NCBI GenBank assembly: GCA_025055295.1
Contig: JANWWW010000001.1
Location: 1,513-65,512 of the forward strand
Length of the DNA stretch: 64,000 nucleotides
DNA from: Deltaproteobacteria bacterium
GTDB taxonomy: Bacteria; Bdellovibrionota_C; UBA2361; JANWWW01
Direction of reading: 5' to 3'
In this document: piece after piece, positions 50,894 to 60,034 of the stretch
How positions within the stretch are numbered: position 1 is the first letter of the stretch
Layout of the letters: the number at the start of each line of letters is the position of its first letter
The notes under the pieces: generated by a model
Databases searched by the model: none
What the model was told of the DNA's origin: nothing
The model's input: only the letters and a program-made list of their open reading frames with translations
Position numbers and translations under genes: made by a program

Positions 50894-51718
50894 TTGCCGG
50901 ATCAAATGTTCGGCACACCAGCCTTTTTTGTTTATAATTTTTGCGTGATTGCGGCGGGAATCTTGGCATTTTTTGCGGTTTTGCTTTACCGATTTGAAAT
51001 AAGTTATGCTACTGTCCGGGCTTCCAGTTTTATCAGTGGCGTGTCTTATCACAGGTATGGGTTCCCTCCAAAAAGGGCTTTTTTAGCCAAAATCAATATT
51101 TCAAATCACAAAGATAACCTTAGAGTGGTTGATGCCAAACGACTAAAAAGAGAAAGTGTTAATGTAATGTCTTTTGTATCAAGCCATGCTGTTGAAGCAT
51201 GCGTAAATGGCTCCTTTTATACTGAAACCAACGAACCGATAGGTCTGCTTGTGTCAAGAGGTAAAATTATAAATCCGGTTCACTCCTCCAAGGGGACGTT
51301 AAGGTCTATTCTGTCTAGCACTTTATCATCAGGTTTGGTCGTTCAAGATATTCACTCAAATGTTCCACATGACACTCTTGAGGCTATTCAAGGCGGAACA
51401 ACCTTTGCGTCTGTTGAGAAATTTCTAAAAACAGTATCCTATGTGTCGGCTGCCAAATCTCTAGTATGCTTGAAAACCGATCGGGACTTTGAGCTAATAT
51501 CTTTTTCAGCTTTATTTGAGGACTCCCGAAAACTTAAACCCTTTATAAGCGAAGATTGCTCAAAGTTAGTGACATTAGACGGTGGAAGCTCGTCCTCACT
51601 GTGGTTTAAAGTCAAAAGGACCTCAGCAAACGTGTCAGGCGTAAATCAAAACGCTTATGTTCCAGTCATGTTATGTATCTTGCCAGCTGAAGAATTAGGT
51701 GATAAACTCCAAAAATAA
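50894..51718 (+). CDS. Phosphodiester glycosidase-family (DUF2233/NAGPA-like) protein with an N-terminal TM anchor
   Basis: It has 'CVNGSFY' and 'LDGGSSSSL', which match the NGGFF and LDGGGSS motifs of that family. Confidence 0.4.
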   Translation: MPDQMFGTPAFFVYNFCVIAAGILAFFAVLLYRFEISYATVRASSFISGVSYHRYGFPPKRAFLAKINISNHKDNLRVVDAKRLKRESVNVMSFVSSHAVEACVNGSFYTETNEPIGLLVSRGKIINPVHSSKGTLRSILSSTLSSGLVVQDIHSNVPHDTLEAIQGGTTFASVEKFLKTVSYVSAAKSLVCLKTDRDFELISFSALFEDSRKLKPFISEDCSKLVTLDGGSSSSLWFKVKRTSANVSGVNQNAYVPVMLCILPAEELGDKLQK

Positions 51719-51721
51719 TTA

Positions 51722-52198
51722 ATGGAAGGATTAAAACAATACGCGTTTAAAGAGTTTACAGCATCCGAAGTTTGCCAGATACTCAGACAATTACTGGGCG
51801 AAAGAATAAAAATTGGATTGCCCTTGATAAATTTTTATACACGTTCCGGATTGATTGTGCCAACTGGTAAGACGATCTACAGAAAGAAGAGGAAGTACTC
51901 GTTTTATGATCTCGTATTGTTTTATTGGCTTTTTCGAATGAAGCGGGAAGGGGTTCATTTGAGCAAGTTTAAATCTGCCTGTGAAATACTCCGCAAAAAA
52001 ATTAAATCAAAAAAAGATCTTCTGTCTTTTGTGCTCGCTACAGATGGCGAGAGGATTTACGTTAGATCCGGTAAAAGCGTAAACAATCTAGTGGGTCAGA
52101 TATTATCCGGCAAAAACAGGGGTCAGTATATTTGGATTTTTGGCTTCAAAAATATTGCAGACGAATTAAAGAGTGTGGTTGCTCAAACTCAATATTGA
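51722..52198 (+). CDS. Hypothetical protein with a possible MerR-like N-terminal HTH
   Basis: 'FTASEVCQILRQLLGERIKIGLPLINFYTRSGLI' is weakly MerR-like. Confidence 0.25.
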   Translation: MEGLKQYAFKEFTASEVCQILRQLLGERIKIGLPLINFYTRSGLIVPTGKTIYRKKRKYSFYDLVLFYWLFRMKREGVHLSKFKSACEILRKKIKSKKDLLSFVLATDGERIYVRSGKSVNNLVGQILSGKNRGQYIWIFGFKNIADELKSVVAQTQY

Positions 52199-52446
52199 AA
52201 TGTTTTGGTTTTAAACAGAGACTTTGCTATATTCGGCTCGTTAAAAAAGTAACACTTTTACCAAACTGAGTACAGGAAGAGTGTGTGAAAATTAGTGTTT
52301 ATCTAATCTTCTTACCTCCTTGTTTTATTTTTCTATTCCTCTCGCTTATCTTGTGGAACAAATAAGCAATTTTTACCTGCTCAGGATAGACCATCCCCTA
52401 GGTTGTTGAATATGTCGGTCTTATCCTGTTAAACACTACCCTGATG

Positions 52447-53163
52447 GGGGGCGTCCCTTTATTTGTGTAAATTTAGTTTGTAGTATACGGTAATAGATTT
52501 TAGAAGGAGGAACAAGACATGACAAGACAAGATTGTATGGATCCTCTAAAAAGGTTTTAACAAAAACCCATAGCTATGCAAGGAAACCGTCATAGGGGCA
52601 AAGAAATATGAAAGAAACCCCGAACGAAGGAACTACCGTAATGGTACTTACAAAAGACTTGTTAAAATAACCCTAGGTGACACCGAAATTGAAATACCTC
52701 GGCATAGAAATGGTAAGTATAAACCAGTGTTATTACAAATAAGAAAAAGAAGTTTTATCAGACTACAGAAAGAAAGTGTTCCCCTCTTTCAGAGATAGAG
52801 CTTAAGGAGTTTAAGGCTAAGTGGAATGGTAAATATCCAGATGTAGTCAAGATGTGGGAGAAGGACTTTCAATCCATTACATCCTTTTTCAAGTATCCGT
52901 TTGAGCTTAGAAGACTTATTACAACTACTAATGTCATCGAGAGTGTCAACAGCAAGCTAAGGAAGGTGTTATATGCCAAAAGGTCAATGCCATCAGAGAG
53001 GGCGCTACTTAAGGTATGTTATGGTGTTTACTTAGACCTTTACAAGAGGTGGTCGAGGCAGAGTATTGCTAACTGGTATATAATCAACAAACAACTTGAA
53101 ATTTTGTTTGACAAACATGAGTGAGTGTGTGAGAATTTACACAACTATTGGGAAAATCCCTAG
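52447..53163 (+). mobile_element. Internally deleted IS256-family insertion sequence remnant (about 0.7 kb) that keeps both terminal inverted repeats
   Basis: The left end 'GTCCCTTTATTTGTGTAAAT' at 52453-52472 and the reverse complement of the right end 'TTCCCAATAGTTGTGTAAAT' at 53136-53155 are imperfect inverted repeats. Both resemble the IS256 IR 'GTCCGTATAATTGTGTAAAA'. The interior encodes only the N- and C-terminal fragments of the transposase. Confidence 0.6.
52519..53124 (+). pseudogene. IS256-family (mutator-type) transposase pseudogene with an internal deletion, a frameshift and a stop
   Basis: An RBS-ATG is at 52506-52521. The N-terminal fragment is 'RNGTYKRLVKITLGDTEIEIPRHRNGKYKP', which resembles IS256 'RNGYYERSFTTRVGTLELKVPRTRDGHFSP'. 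The C-terminal 90 aa read 'FKYPFELRRLITTTNVIESVNSKLRKV...', which resembles IS256 '...HNRLKSTNLIERLNQEVRRREK...'. About 220 aa of the DDE core are missing. Confidence 0.65.
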
Positions 53164-54213
53164 TTATTCTTTTTTTGTAAAATTTCTCTACTTAACTTAA
53201 TTCTCTGATTACTTTTCGATTCTCTCATATGGTAGATAAACATGGGGGTATATTTGTATTTTGCGATCTTAGTGTTGGTAAGATTTTGAGCACTTAAGTT
53301 TTAAAAGTTTTACCAACAATTAATCAGTCAGCAATCGTTTTGAAAAACAGAATTTTAAGAAAAACATCGAAAATCCTCTGAACAAACTGACTTAAATTTT
53401 GTTGATAGTTATTCAAATTTGTGGGAGCAAAAACCAAAACGACATAACTTTCTCACCGATGCAGGGGAATATATCAAATTTTAAGCCACGACTTTATAAT
53501 GAGCATAAAAAACCGGTCTAAACTGGTTCATCCAAAAAAACATAAATTACAGAAAAATGAATGTAGACCTTCGATCTAACGAAAATCGTAAAGGCTGTAG
53601 AATTACCTGATTGCCCGTGTTACTCAGATATTGCTAAGGAATATTTTAAACCAGTGACAACAGAGAAATTTTTTGGTCCTGAAGAAATAATTAAACCGTT
53701 TGTTGAGAGTATGGCGAAAGTTTTCTCCCAAAATAATCGACGAAAAAAATTAAATATCTCTTATCAAACTATCGGCCCCTTTTGACTAAAATTTTTTTAA
53801 ATTAAGGAATGCCCAGCGGATTAAATTGAATATTCAAAAAAGCATAAAATATTCGTATGGCTCAATAGAGAGCGTTAATCTTCTTAAAATCGAATAAAAC
53901 ATTTTAATGGTCTAACTCCCTAAATTATGTTGTTTTTTTTTCTTTTTGGTTCTTTTGTAGCGTAACTGCCGTTTTAAAGACAGCGAAAAACTTGATGGTA
54001 GTACCCGTTTCTAACTAAATTATCTCTATCAATGTCGTCTGGGTTGTTGATTCCTTATCGCCTGAAAAATTTAAATAATCAAGCCCGATTGTCCACTTTG
54101 AATATTCTTTATCGTGTCTCGCACCTAGAAGGAGTCTATTCTCCGGTTTTTATTAACACTAAATCTAAACAATTTCGCGTTCACTTGGCCAAATTCTTTA
54201 TAAAAAACAACCA

Positions 54214-55329
54214 CTAAAATTGATCGTCATGTTTAGGCCTATTTTCGCTAATTCTTTTCTTGAGCCTTCTGAAAACAGACTCGTACAACGCTTCCCTTGC
54301 TCCTCCGCCTATGGGAAGCAACCGCAAATCTCTGTCTATTCTTTCAATTAGGTAGTCCTTTGTGTAGCCATAGCCACCGTAAAACTGTAAAACCTGATCC
54401 GCTATCTCGCACAACTTGTCCGAAACATAAGATTTAAGCACCGTGCTAAATTCGAAGTTATCCTTGGAAGCGGCTTGCTGTAAAAAATAAGAAAATAGCG
54501 AAAGCTGCGACACTGCTTTATTAATGAATTTTTTGAACAAAGGGTAAGATGAAAGAGGTCTTCCTTTAATTATCCGGGTCGAGGCAAAAGGTTGAAGGTC
54601 TTTTAACGCTCTTCTGGTTAATCCTATTCCTATCGCTGACAATACAAGTCTTTCAAACGAAAGACTTTCCTGAACATACTGCAACCCTTGACCAAGATTT
54701 TGTCCAAGAAGTTCAGCAGGGGTGTCCCGAAATGTCAATATGCAAGTGTCTGAGGAATGCCAACCAAGTTTGTCAAGCTTAGACTCTACGAATACAGTAT
54801 CGCCTTTTGTTAAAAAAATATTGTAGGTACCCTCGCATTTTCCAAAAACCAAAATCAAATTTGCCCGCGCGCCGTTGGTGATGAATGTTTTTTGACCGTT
54901 TAGAATAAATCCGTTATCAGTTTTTTGTCCCGAGGTTCTTATGGCACGAAGGTCTGTGCCTGATTGAGGTTCGGTAAATGCATAAGCACAAATGATTTCT
55001 CCTGACGCTATTTTTGGCAGATACAGGGCTCTTTGCTCGTCCGTACCATGCTCCATGATTGCTTTTGCGCAAACTATGCTAGACATTGCAACTCCAACAG
55101 TGAATCCCATGCATGGAATTTCGCCAAAGGTTTCCAGCCAACGAAGAACCTGCTCCTTTTCTAGGCCCAAACCACCATACTTTTCCGGAATTATTAGTCC
55201 CAAAAAGCCTGCTTTGGAAAGTTTGTCAAACACGGAATTTGGAAACCATTTACGTTCTTCCCACTCCATAACATGCGGTTCAATTGCAGCAGAACAAAAT
55301 TTTTTAGTAAGCTCGATCAGGTCCTCCAT
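54214..55329 (-). CDS. Acyl-CoA dehydrogenase
   Basis: It has a C-terminal 'FYGGYGYTKDYLIERIDRDLRLLPIGGGAREAL', which resembles the ACAD 'GGxGYxxEYPxERxxRDARIxxIxEGT' motif. It is 371 aa. Confidence 0.75.
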   Translation of the reverse strand: MEDLIELTKKFCSAAIEPHVMEWEERKWFPNSVFDKLSKAGFLGLIIPEKYGGLGLEKEQVLRWLETFGEIPCMGFTVGVAMSSIVCAKAIMEHGTDEQRALYLPKIASGEIICAYAFTEPQSGTDLRAIRTSGQKTDNGFILNGQKTFITNGARANLILVFGKCEGTYNIFLTKGDTVFVESKLDKLGWHSSDTCILTFRDTPAELLGQNLGQGLQYVQESLSFERLVLSAIGIGLTRRALKDLQPFASTRIIKGRPLSSYPLFKKFINKAVSQLSLFSYFLQQAASKDNFEFSTVLKSYVSDKLCEIADQVLQFYGGYGYTKDYLIERIDRDLRLLPIGGGAREALYESVFRRLKKRISENRPKHDDQF

Positions 55330-55377
55330 TCAAACTGATTATTCTAAAAACCGTTCTTAAAAGCTAGAATAAAGTGA

Positions 55378-55707
55378 ATGACCGAAATTCAATCGGAAGA
55401 AAGCTTGCTTAAAGAGAAAACACTTGATGTATTAAAAAACGTCAAAGACCCCGAACTTGGTCTTGACGTCGTATTCCTTGGCTTAATCCGGGGCCTTGAG
55501 TTTAAAAAGCAATCGGATGAAAAATTTAGCGTGATCATCAAGCTTACTTTGACATCGCCTTCATGTCCCTACGCTGGTCAAATGGTTGATCATGTTAAAA
55601 CAGTTGTTTCTCAACTAGACTTTGTACAAGATGTTCAAATTTCATTAGAATTAATCCCACCATGGGAACCACCCGAAGAAGTAAAAGAATTATTCGGATG
55701 GTCATAA
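55378..55707 (+). CDS. DUF59/MIP18-family (SufT-like) Fe-S cluster assembly protein
   Basis: It has 'VKDPELGLDVVFLGLI' (the DUF59 signature) and a conserved Cys in 'TSPSCPYAG'. Confidence 0.6.
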   Translation: MTEIQSEESLLKEKTLDVLKNVKDPELGLDVVFLGLIRGLEFKKQSDEKFSVIIKLTLTSPSCPYAGQMVDHVKTVVSQLDFVQDVQISLELIPPWEPPEEVKELFGWS

Positions 55708-55744
55708 AATTTCAGTTTAAAAAATCATGTCGTAAAAGATAATT

Positions 55745-56503
55745 ATGCATGACCTGCAATTGTCGTTCGAGCCGAAAGAACTGGAAGAACTGAATGACTT
55801 ACTGGAAAGAGCTTTTCGATCAGGAGAATTCGAGCAAATTTACGGATCTTTGGAAGAAACTATAAGGTCACTCGAGGACACCAAATCCCAAAAAGCATTT
55901 ATAGCAAAACTTGCCTTTGAGGAAGGCAGATGCACTACAGATCTAGAGTGCCTTACCTTACAGCGCTTAAGTTCAATCAAGACGGGAGTTTCGCTAAGAG
56001 GTTTTTTTAATCCTCTCTCAGGGGTTAGATATCCGGAATTACCAGATCAAAAAACAGAACATGTTTTCATTAATCCGGTATCGCTTGATACTACGTCCCA
56101 AGATATTATTGTTGACGCTGATTTTGGTCAATATGTTTTTATATGCTGGATGTCGCTGACGGTTGGCTCGTTGTCTCAAGCCATCAGTGTTGTTTTGAAC
56201 CACTGCAAATCAAGAAAGCAGTTTGATCGCGAGATCGGGAGTTTTCAGTTAGTTCAAGAGAATATCGTAAAAAATTTTTTAAATTTTTTAAAATTTCGCG
56301 CCAGTTTAATTTACAGCCTTAATGAAGTTGGGAATTCGCTGGACCTTATTAAGATTTCGCTCAAAAATTACCTGAGCAACTTCAGAGACACTTCAGATTT
56401 GCTCATACAATGTTGTGGAGGTATTGGCTTTACCGAGGAATTCGGGTTAAGTGTTTTTTTCAGAAGATTTTTAAGATTGCTCGACATTATTGATTTTGAA
56501 TGA
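55745..56503 (+). CDS. Acyl-CoA dehydrogenase C-terminal-domain-like protein (truncated or degenerate ACAD)
   Basis: 'REIGSFQLVQENIVKNF' resembles the ACAD 'IGxFQxxQxxLAxM' motif. 'CCGGIGFTEEFGLSVFFRR' resembles 'GGxGYxxEYPxERxxRDA'. The N-terminal and middle beta-barrel domains are absent. The stop overlaps the lpxB start. Confidence 0.4.
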   Translation: MHDLQLSFEPKELEELNDLLERAFRSGEFEQIYGSLEETIRSLEDTKSQKAFIAKLAFEEGRCTTDLECLTLQRLSSIKTGVSLRGFFNPLSGVRYPELPDQKTEHVFINPVSLDTTSQDIIVDADFGQYVFICWMSLTVGSLSQAISVVLNHCKSRKQFDREIGSFQLVQENIVKNFLNFLKFRASLIYSLNEVGNSLDLIKISLKNYLSNFRDTSDLLIQCCGGIGFTEEFGLSVFFRRFLRLLDIIDFE

Positions 56504-57579
56504 AAATATTCGTGTCATGTGGAGAAACGTCAGGCGACATAATTTTATCCCATGTGATCGTAGAGTTAAAAAAAATTTTGTCTGCCTGCGAATTTACAGG
56601 GCTCTGTGGGAACAGATCTCAGGACTCTGGTGTTCAACAACCGTTTAACGTTAAACACTTTGGCTCATTTGGGCTGCCAGGTTTTCAAACTTTGCTTGAT
56701 CATGCCCGCTTGTATCTTGAAACAAAAAAGTGGCTTGAACACCAAAAGCCAGACCTAGTTATTCTTTGTGATTACGCGGAATTCAACTTTTTGCTTGCCA
56801 AACTCTCGAGTAAGCTCAGAATACCGATTTACTGGATAAGCCCCCCTCAGGTTTGGGCATGGAGAAAATACAGGCTAAGGGTCTTAAAAAAAATACTAGT
56901 TGGAGCCGCTTTGATTTTGCCTTTTGAGGAAATGATATGGGGTGACGGTCAGCGCTTTAGGTTTTTTGCTCATCCCTTGGGTTTTTTAGCTTCAAAGCGC
57001 GTTTGGAAACCAAACCAAAACGTTATCGCCATCTTTCCGGGAAGTCGGTTAAGTGAATTAAAAGCTCATTATAACACGCTTAACGCTTTCGCCCTCAAAG
57101 TGAAAAAGATGGCTCCCTCGGTGCAATTTATCGTTCCTGCGGTACTCAATAAAAATATTGTTTCACGTTTCTTGGATAACAGTCTTTTTTCCTTCTTTGA
57201 TTCATCTCTTGATGTTCTTGAAATATGCGAATTCGCGCTAATAAAGTCCGGCTCTTCAACTGTCGAAGCAACGTGTATGGGAGTGCCCTTTGTATCTTTC
57301 TATCGAGTCAGCCTATTGACCGAGTTTTTTGCGAGAATGTTTTTACGTGTTCACTCTGTAACAGTGGCTAATTTGCTTGTCAAAGATGCAGTGCCGGAAT
57401 TTTTGCAAAGTCAGTTTAACTCTCAAAATCTCGTAAGATATTTCTTCAGTAGGTTTAACAACGAAAAAGACCTCATCATTCAAAAATTAAAATCTGTTAA
57501 ACAAATTTTGCTTCCCAACGACCTTAACCCATTTAGGGAGATTGCCAATCATATTATGTTTTTATGTCAAAAATTTTGA
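56500..57579 (+). CDS. lpxB: Lipid-A-disaccharide synthase
   Basis: The N-terminus is 'MKIFVSCGETSGDIILSHVIVELKK', which resembles LpxB '[21 protein letters not shown]'. It has 'IFPGSRLSELKAHYN', which resembles 'LPGSRxxEV'. Confidence 0.75.
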   Translation: MKIFVSCGETSGDIILSHVIVELKKILSACEFTGLCGNRSQDSGVQQPFNVKHFGSFGLPGFQTLLDHARLYLETKKWLEHQKPDLVILCDYAEFNFLLAKLSSKLRIPIYWISPPQVWAWRKYRLRVLKKILVGAALILPFEEMIWGDGQRFRFFAHPLGFLASKRVWKPNQNVIAIFPGSRLSELKAHYNTLNAFALKVKKMAPSVQFIVPAVLNKNIVSRFLDNSLFSFFDSSLDVLEICEFALIKSGSSTVEATCMGVPFVSFYRVSLLTEFFARMFLRVHSVTVANLLVKDAVPEFLQSQFNSQNLVRYFFSRFNNEKDLIIQKLKSVKQILLPNDLNPFREIANHIMFLCQKF

Positions 57580-57949
57580 GTTATCTCAATTATCACGATA
57601 AAAATTTTCGATAGGCACGATTTTGGATTAGAAGATTTTGCGTTATCGAAAAAAGTCGTATCTGTCAGTAACGTCTTCAGGGAGGATCTTGCCAGATAAT
57701 TTTTCCTTCTTCATTGGCAATCGAGGTTTGAAGCATGTTTTCCGAGCTTTTTGGATGAAGTTGAAATGGAAATTCTCCGTATAACACGACTGTCATCTTA
57801 GCAAAAAATGAAATTTGAAACTACTGTCGCTTGTTCTCTCCCGATGTCTATTTTGTTGAGTTACAGAAATTATCAATATTAAACCTGAAAAGAGGATACG
57901 TCGAGGGGTAAGGTACCTTGAAGATAAGGTCCCTGCTTGTTGAGCCTTA

Positions 57950-58507
57950 TTGTCAACCACTCGTGTTTTGTTTAAACTCGGTAGAGTGATCAAGTTGATT
58001 GCGCTCTTTTGTCTTATGATTGCAAATGCACAAAGTTTGTATGATTTTAAAATTCCTTTGACTAACGGTCAGACTCTCGAACTTGGGTCATTCAGAGGGA
58101 AAGTGGTGGTTTTGGTAAACACTGCTACTAAATGCGGTTTTGCTGGCCAACTGAAGGAATTAGAACAACTGCGATCCATGCATGAGACCAAAGATTTAGT
58201 AGTAATCGCGATACCCACAAACGATTTTGGGGGTCAAGAGCCGCTATCTGGAGAAACCCTTAAAGAGTATTGTACCGCTAAACATGGAGCTAAATATTAC
58301 ATTGCAGATCGAATGTCGATTAACGACCCGCTCTTTAAATTTCTCACAAGAGAGTCAAAGGTAAAACTTAACTCATTCCCTGAAAGAATTTTATGGAATT
58401 TCGAAAAGTTTATTTTTGACAAGGAAGGAAATCTTCGATTCAGGTTTCGATCTCATCAGTCACCGATTTCGGGAAAGTTCAAAAAAGCCGTTGAAAGCCT
58501 GCTATAA
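57950..58507 (+). CDS. Glutathione peroxidase (with a probable signal peptide)
   Basis: It has 'LVNTATKCGFAGQ', which resembles the GPx 'VNVASKCGxT' motif with the active-site Cys. It has 'NDFGGQEP', which resembles 'NQFGxQEP'. It has 'WNFEKFIFDKEGNL', which resembles 'WNFxKFLV'. Confidence 0.8.
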   Translation: MSTTRVLFKLGRVIKLIALFCLMIANAQSLYDFKIPLTNGQTLELGSFRGKVVVLVNTATKCGFAGQLKELEQLRSMHETKDLVVIAIPTNDFGGQEPLSGETLKEYCTAKHGAKYYIADRMSINDPLFKFLTRESKVKLNSFPERILWNFEKFIFDKEGNLRFRFRSHQSPISGKFKKAVESLL

Positions 58508-58624
58508 AGATCAAATGTTATGACGCAAAGTTTTCCCTCAAAGACTTACTAGAAAAAATCTTAATTATAAGCGGTTAGTTTTGGAAAACTTGGGGTGATA
58601 ACCTTGGATGGACTAAAATGTTAA

Positions 58625-60034
58625 TCAAACACGGGTTCTTGCAGGTTCATTCAAGCGCATTAAAAGTTTTGTAGCATTTTCTCTGCATTCATGGGACATT
58701 TTTATGCCCCACAGAACCCGTCTTGAGATCTCAAGACAAGATTTTAAATCAACTAAGGGTTTTTGCCGCGTTTTTCCTTTTAACCAAATTTTACAGAAAA
58801 GTCTCCTTGGGTCATTATCTCTTAGCTGCTTATCAGGATCGTAAACTCGAATTGTGTTAAAACCTGTTACGCCAGCTTGCATTTGAAACTGCGGAAAATG
58901 GATGCCTCCTTCGAAATCCAAAAAATACCTCGCTAAGAGGTTAGCTCCCGCTTGCCATGGTTGTTGAAGAACGTGGCACAAAAAAGATACTAGCATCGCT
59001 CTCATTCTAAAATTAATCCAACCGGTGGTTTTAAGACACTTCATCACTGCATCCACCAAATCAAAGCCTGTTTCACCTTCAATCCAAGCTTCAACTAATT
59101 GCGGTTTGTGCTCAAAGGGCCAAGGCTCAAAGCTAGGATTAATGCTTTGATACTCGTACTGAGGCATGTTCTCGAGCTTTTGCATGAAATGCGAACGCCA
59201 AAAAATTCGTGACAAAAAAGCTTCGTAGGATTTGCGATTGTTATCAGACAAAGAGTTTTCGGTGATCATTTTTTTGGTGAGCTGAAATACTACACGAGCA
59301 CTCACATTTCCATACGCCAAATAGCAGGACAATCGTGAGGAGTATTTATGAGATTCAAAGGGCTTTGAGATATTCGCCAAATATCCCCTACCCCTTTCAT
59401 CTAAAAATGATTTTAACGTTGCAAGAGCAGCTCTTTCACCCGGTTCCTGAAAAGTGGTGGGGTAGCATGAGAGCTCGTTTTTTAAGTTTTGAGGTAACAA
59501 AAACTGATCAATGTCCAACGGGTAGAACAGTTCTCTGCTAAGGATTGTTTCAGTCACAGGGGTTTCCAGCCACTCTTCAAACTTGATCCTCCAACCCTGA
59601 GGCCTTGACTTGCCTCTTATTATTCCGTCAGTGGGTATCTCGATCCACTCTATATTGTTAAGTTTAAAAAAATTTCTTAACCTCTTGTCTCGCAGAAATG
59701 TATATTTTGGCCCAACCTCTTGATGGGAGAAAACAGTTTTTAAATCAACTTTTCCCATGATATAGGAAAAGACCTCAACAGGATCGCCAAACAAAAGACA
59801 AACTCGATACCCAAACTTGGATAAACTCTCATTCAGCTTTACCAAACTGCTATAAATAAACTTGTAATGTCTAATGTCAAACCAACTTTGTTGCATGTAC
59901 TCTGGCTCGAAGATAAAAATTACTGAATACTTAATCTTTGAGTCCTCCGCCAGCGAAAAAACAGGGTTATCATAAAGTCTCAGATCCCTTTTTAAATAAA
60001 TTAAATTAATCTGATCCTTACTCGTTCGTGTCAA
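58625..60034 (-). CDS. Deoxyribodipyrimidine photolyase / cryptochrome-family protein
   Basis: The N-terminal photolyase domain is 'LIYLKRDLRLYDNPVF'. The FAD domain is 'TGFDLVDAVMKCLKTTGWINFRMRAMLVSFL' and '...LDFEGGIHFPQFQMQAG...RVYDPDKQ'. Confidence 0.75.
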   Translation of the reverse strand: MTRTSKDQINLIYLKRDLRLYDNPVFSLAEDSKIKYSVIFIFEPEYMQQSWFDIRHYKFIYSSLVKLNESLSKFGYRVCLLFGDPVEVFSYIMGKVDLKTVFSHQEVGPKYTFLRDKRLRNFFKLNNIEWIEIPTDGIIRGKSRPQGWRIKFEEWLETPVTETILSRELFYPLDIDQFLLPQNLKNELSCYPTTFQEPGERAALATLKSFLDERGRGYLANISKPFESHKYSSRLSCYLAYGNVSARVVFQLTKKMITENSLSDNNRKSYEAFLSRIFWRSHFMQKLENMPQYEYQSINPSFEPWPFEHKPQLVEAWIEGETGFDLVDAVMKCLKTTGWINFRMRAMLVSFLCHVLQQPWQAGANLLARYFLDFEGGIHFPQFQMQAGVTGFNTIRVYDPDKQLRDNDPRRLFCKIWLKGKTRQKPLVDLKSCLEISRRVLWGIKMSHECRENATKLLMRLNEPARTRV

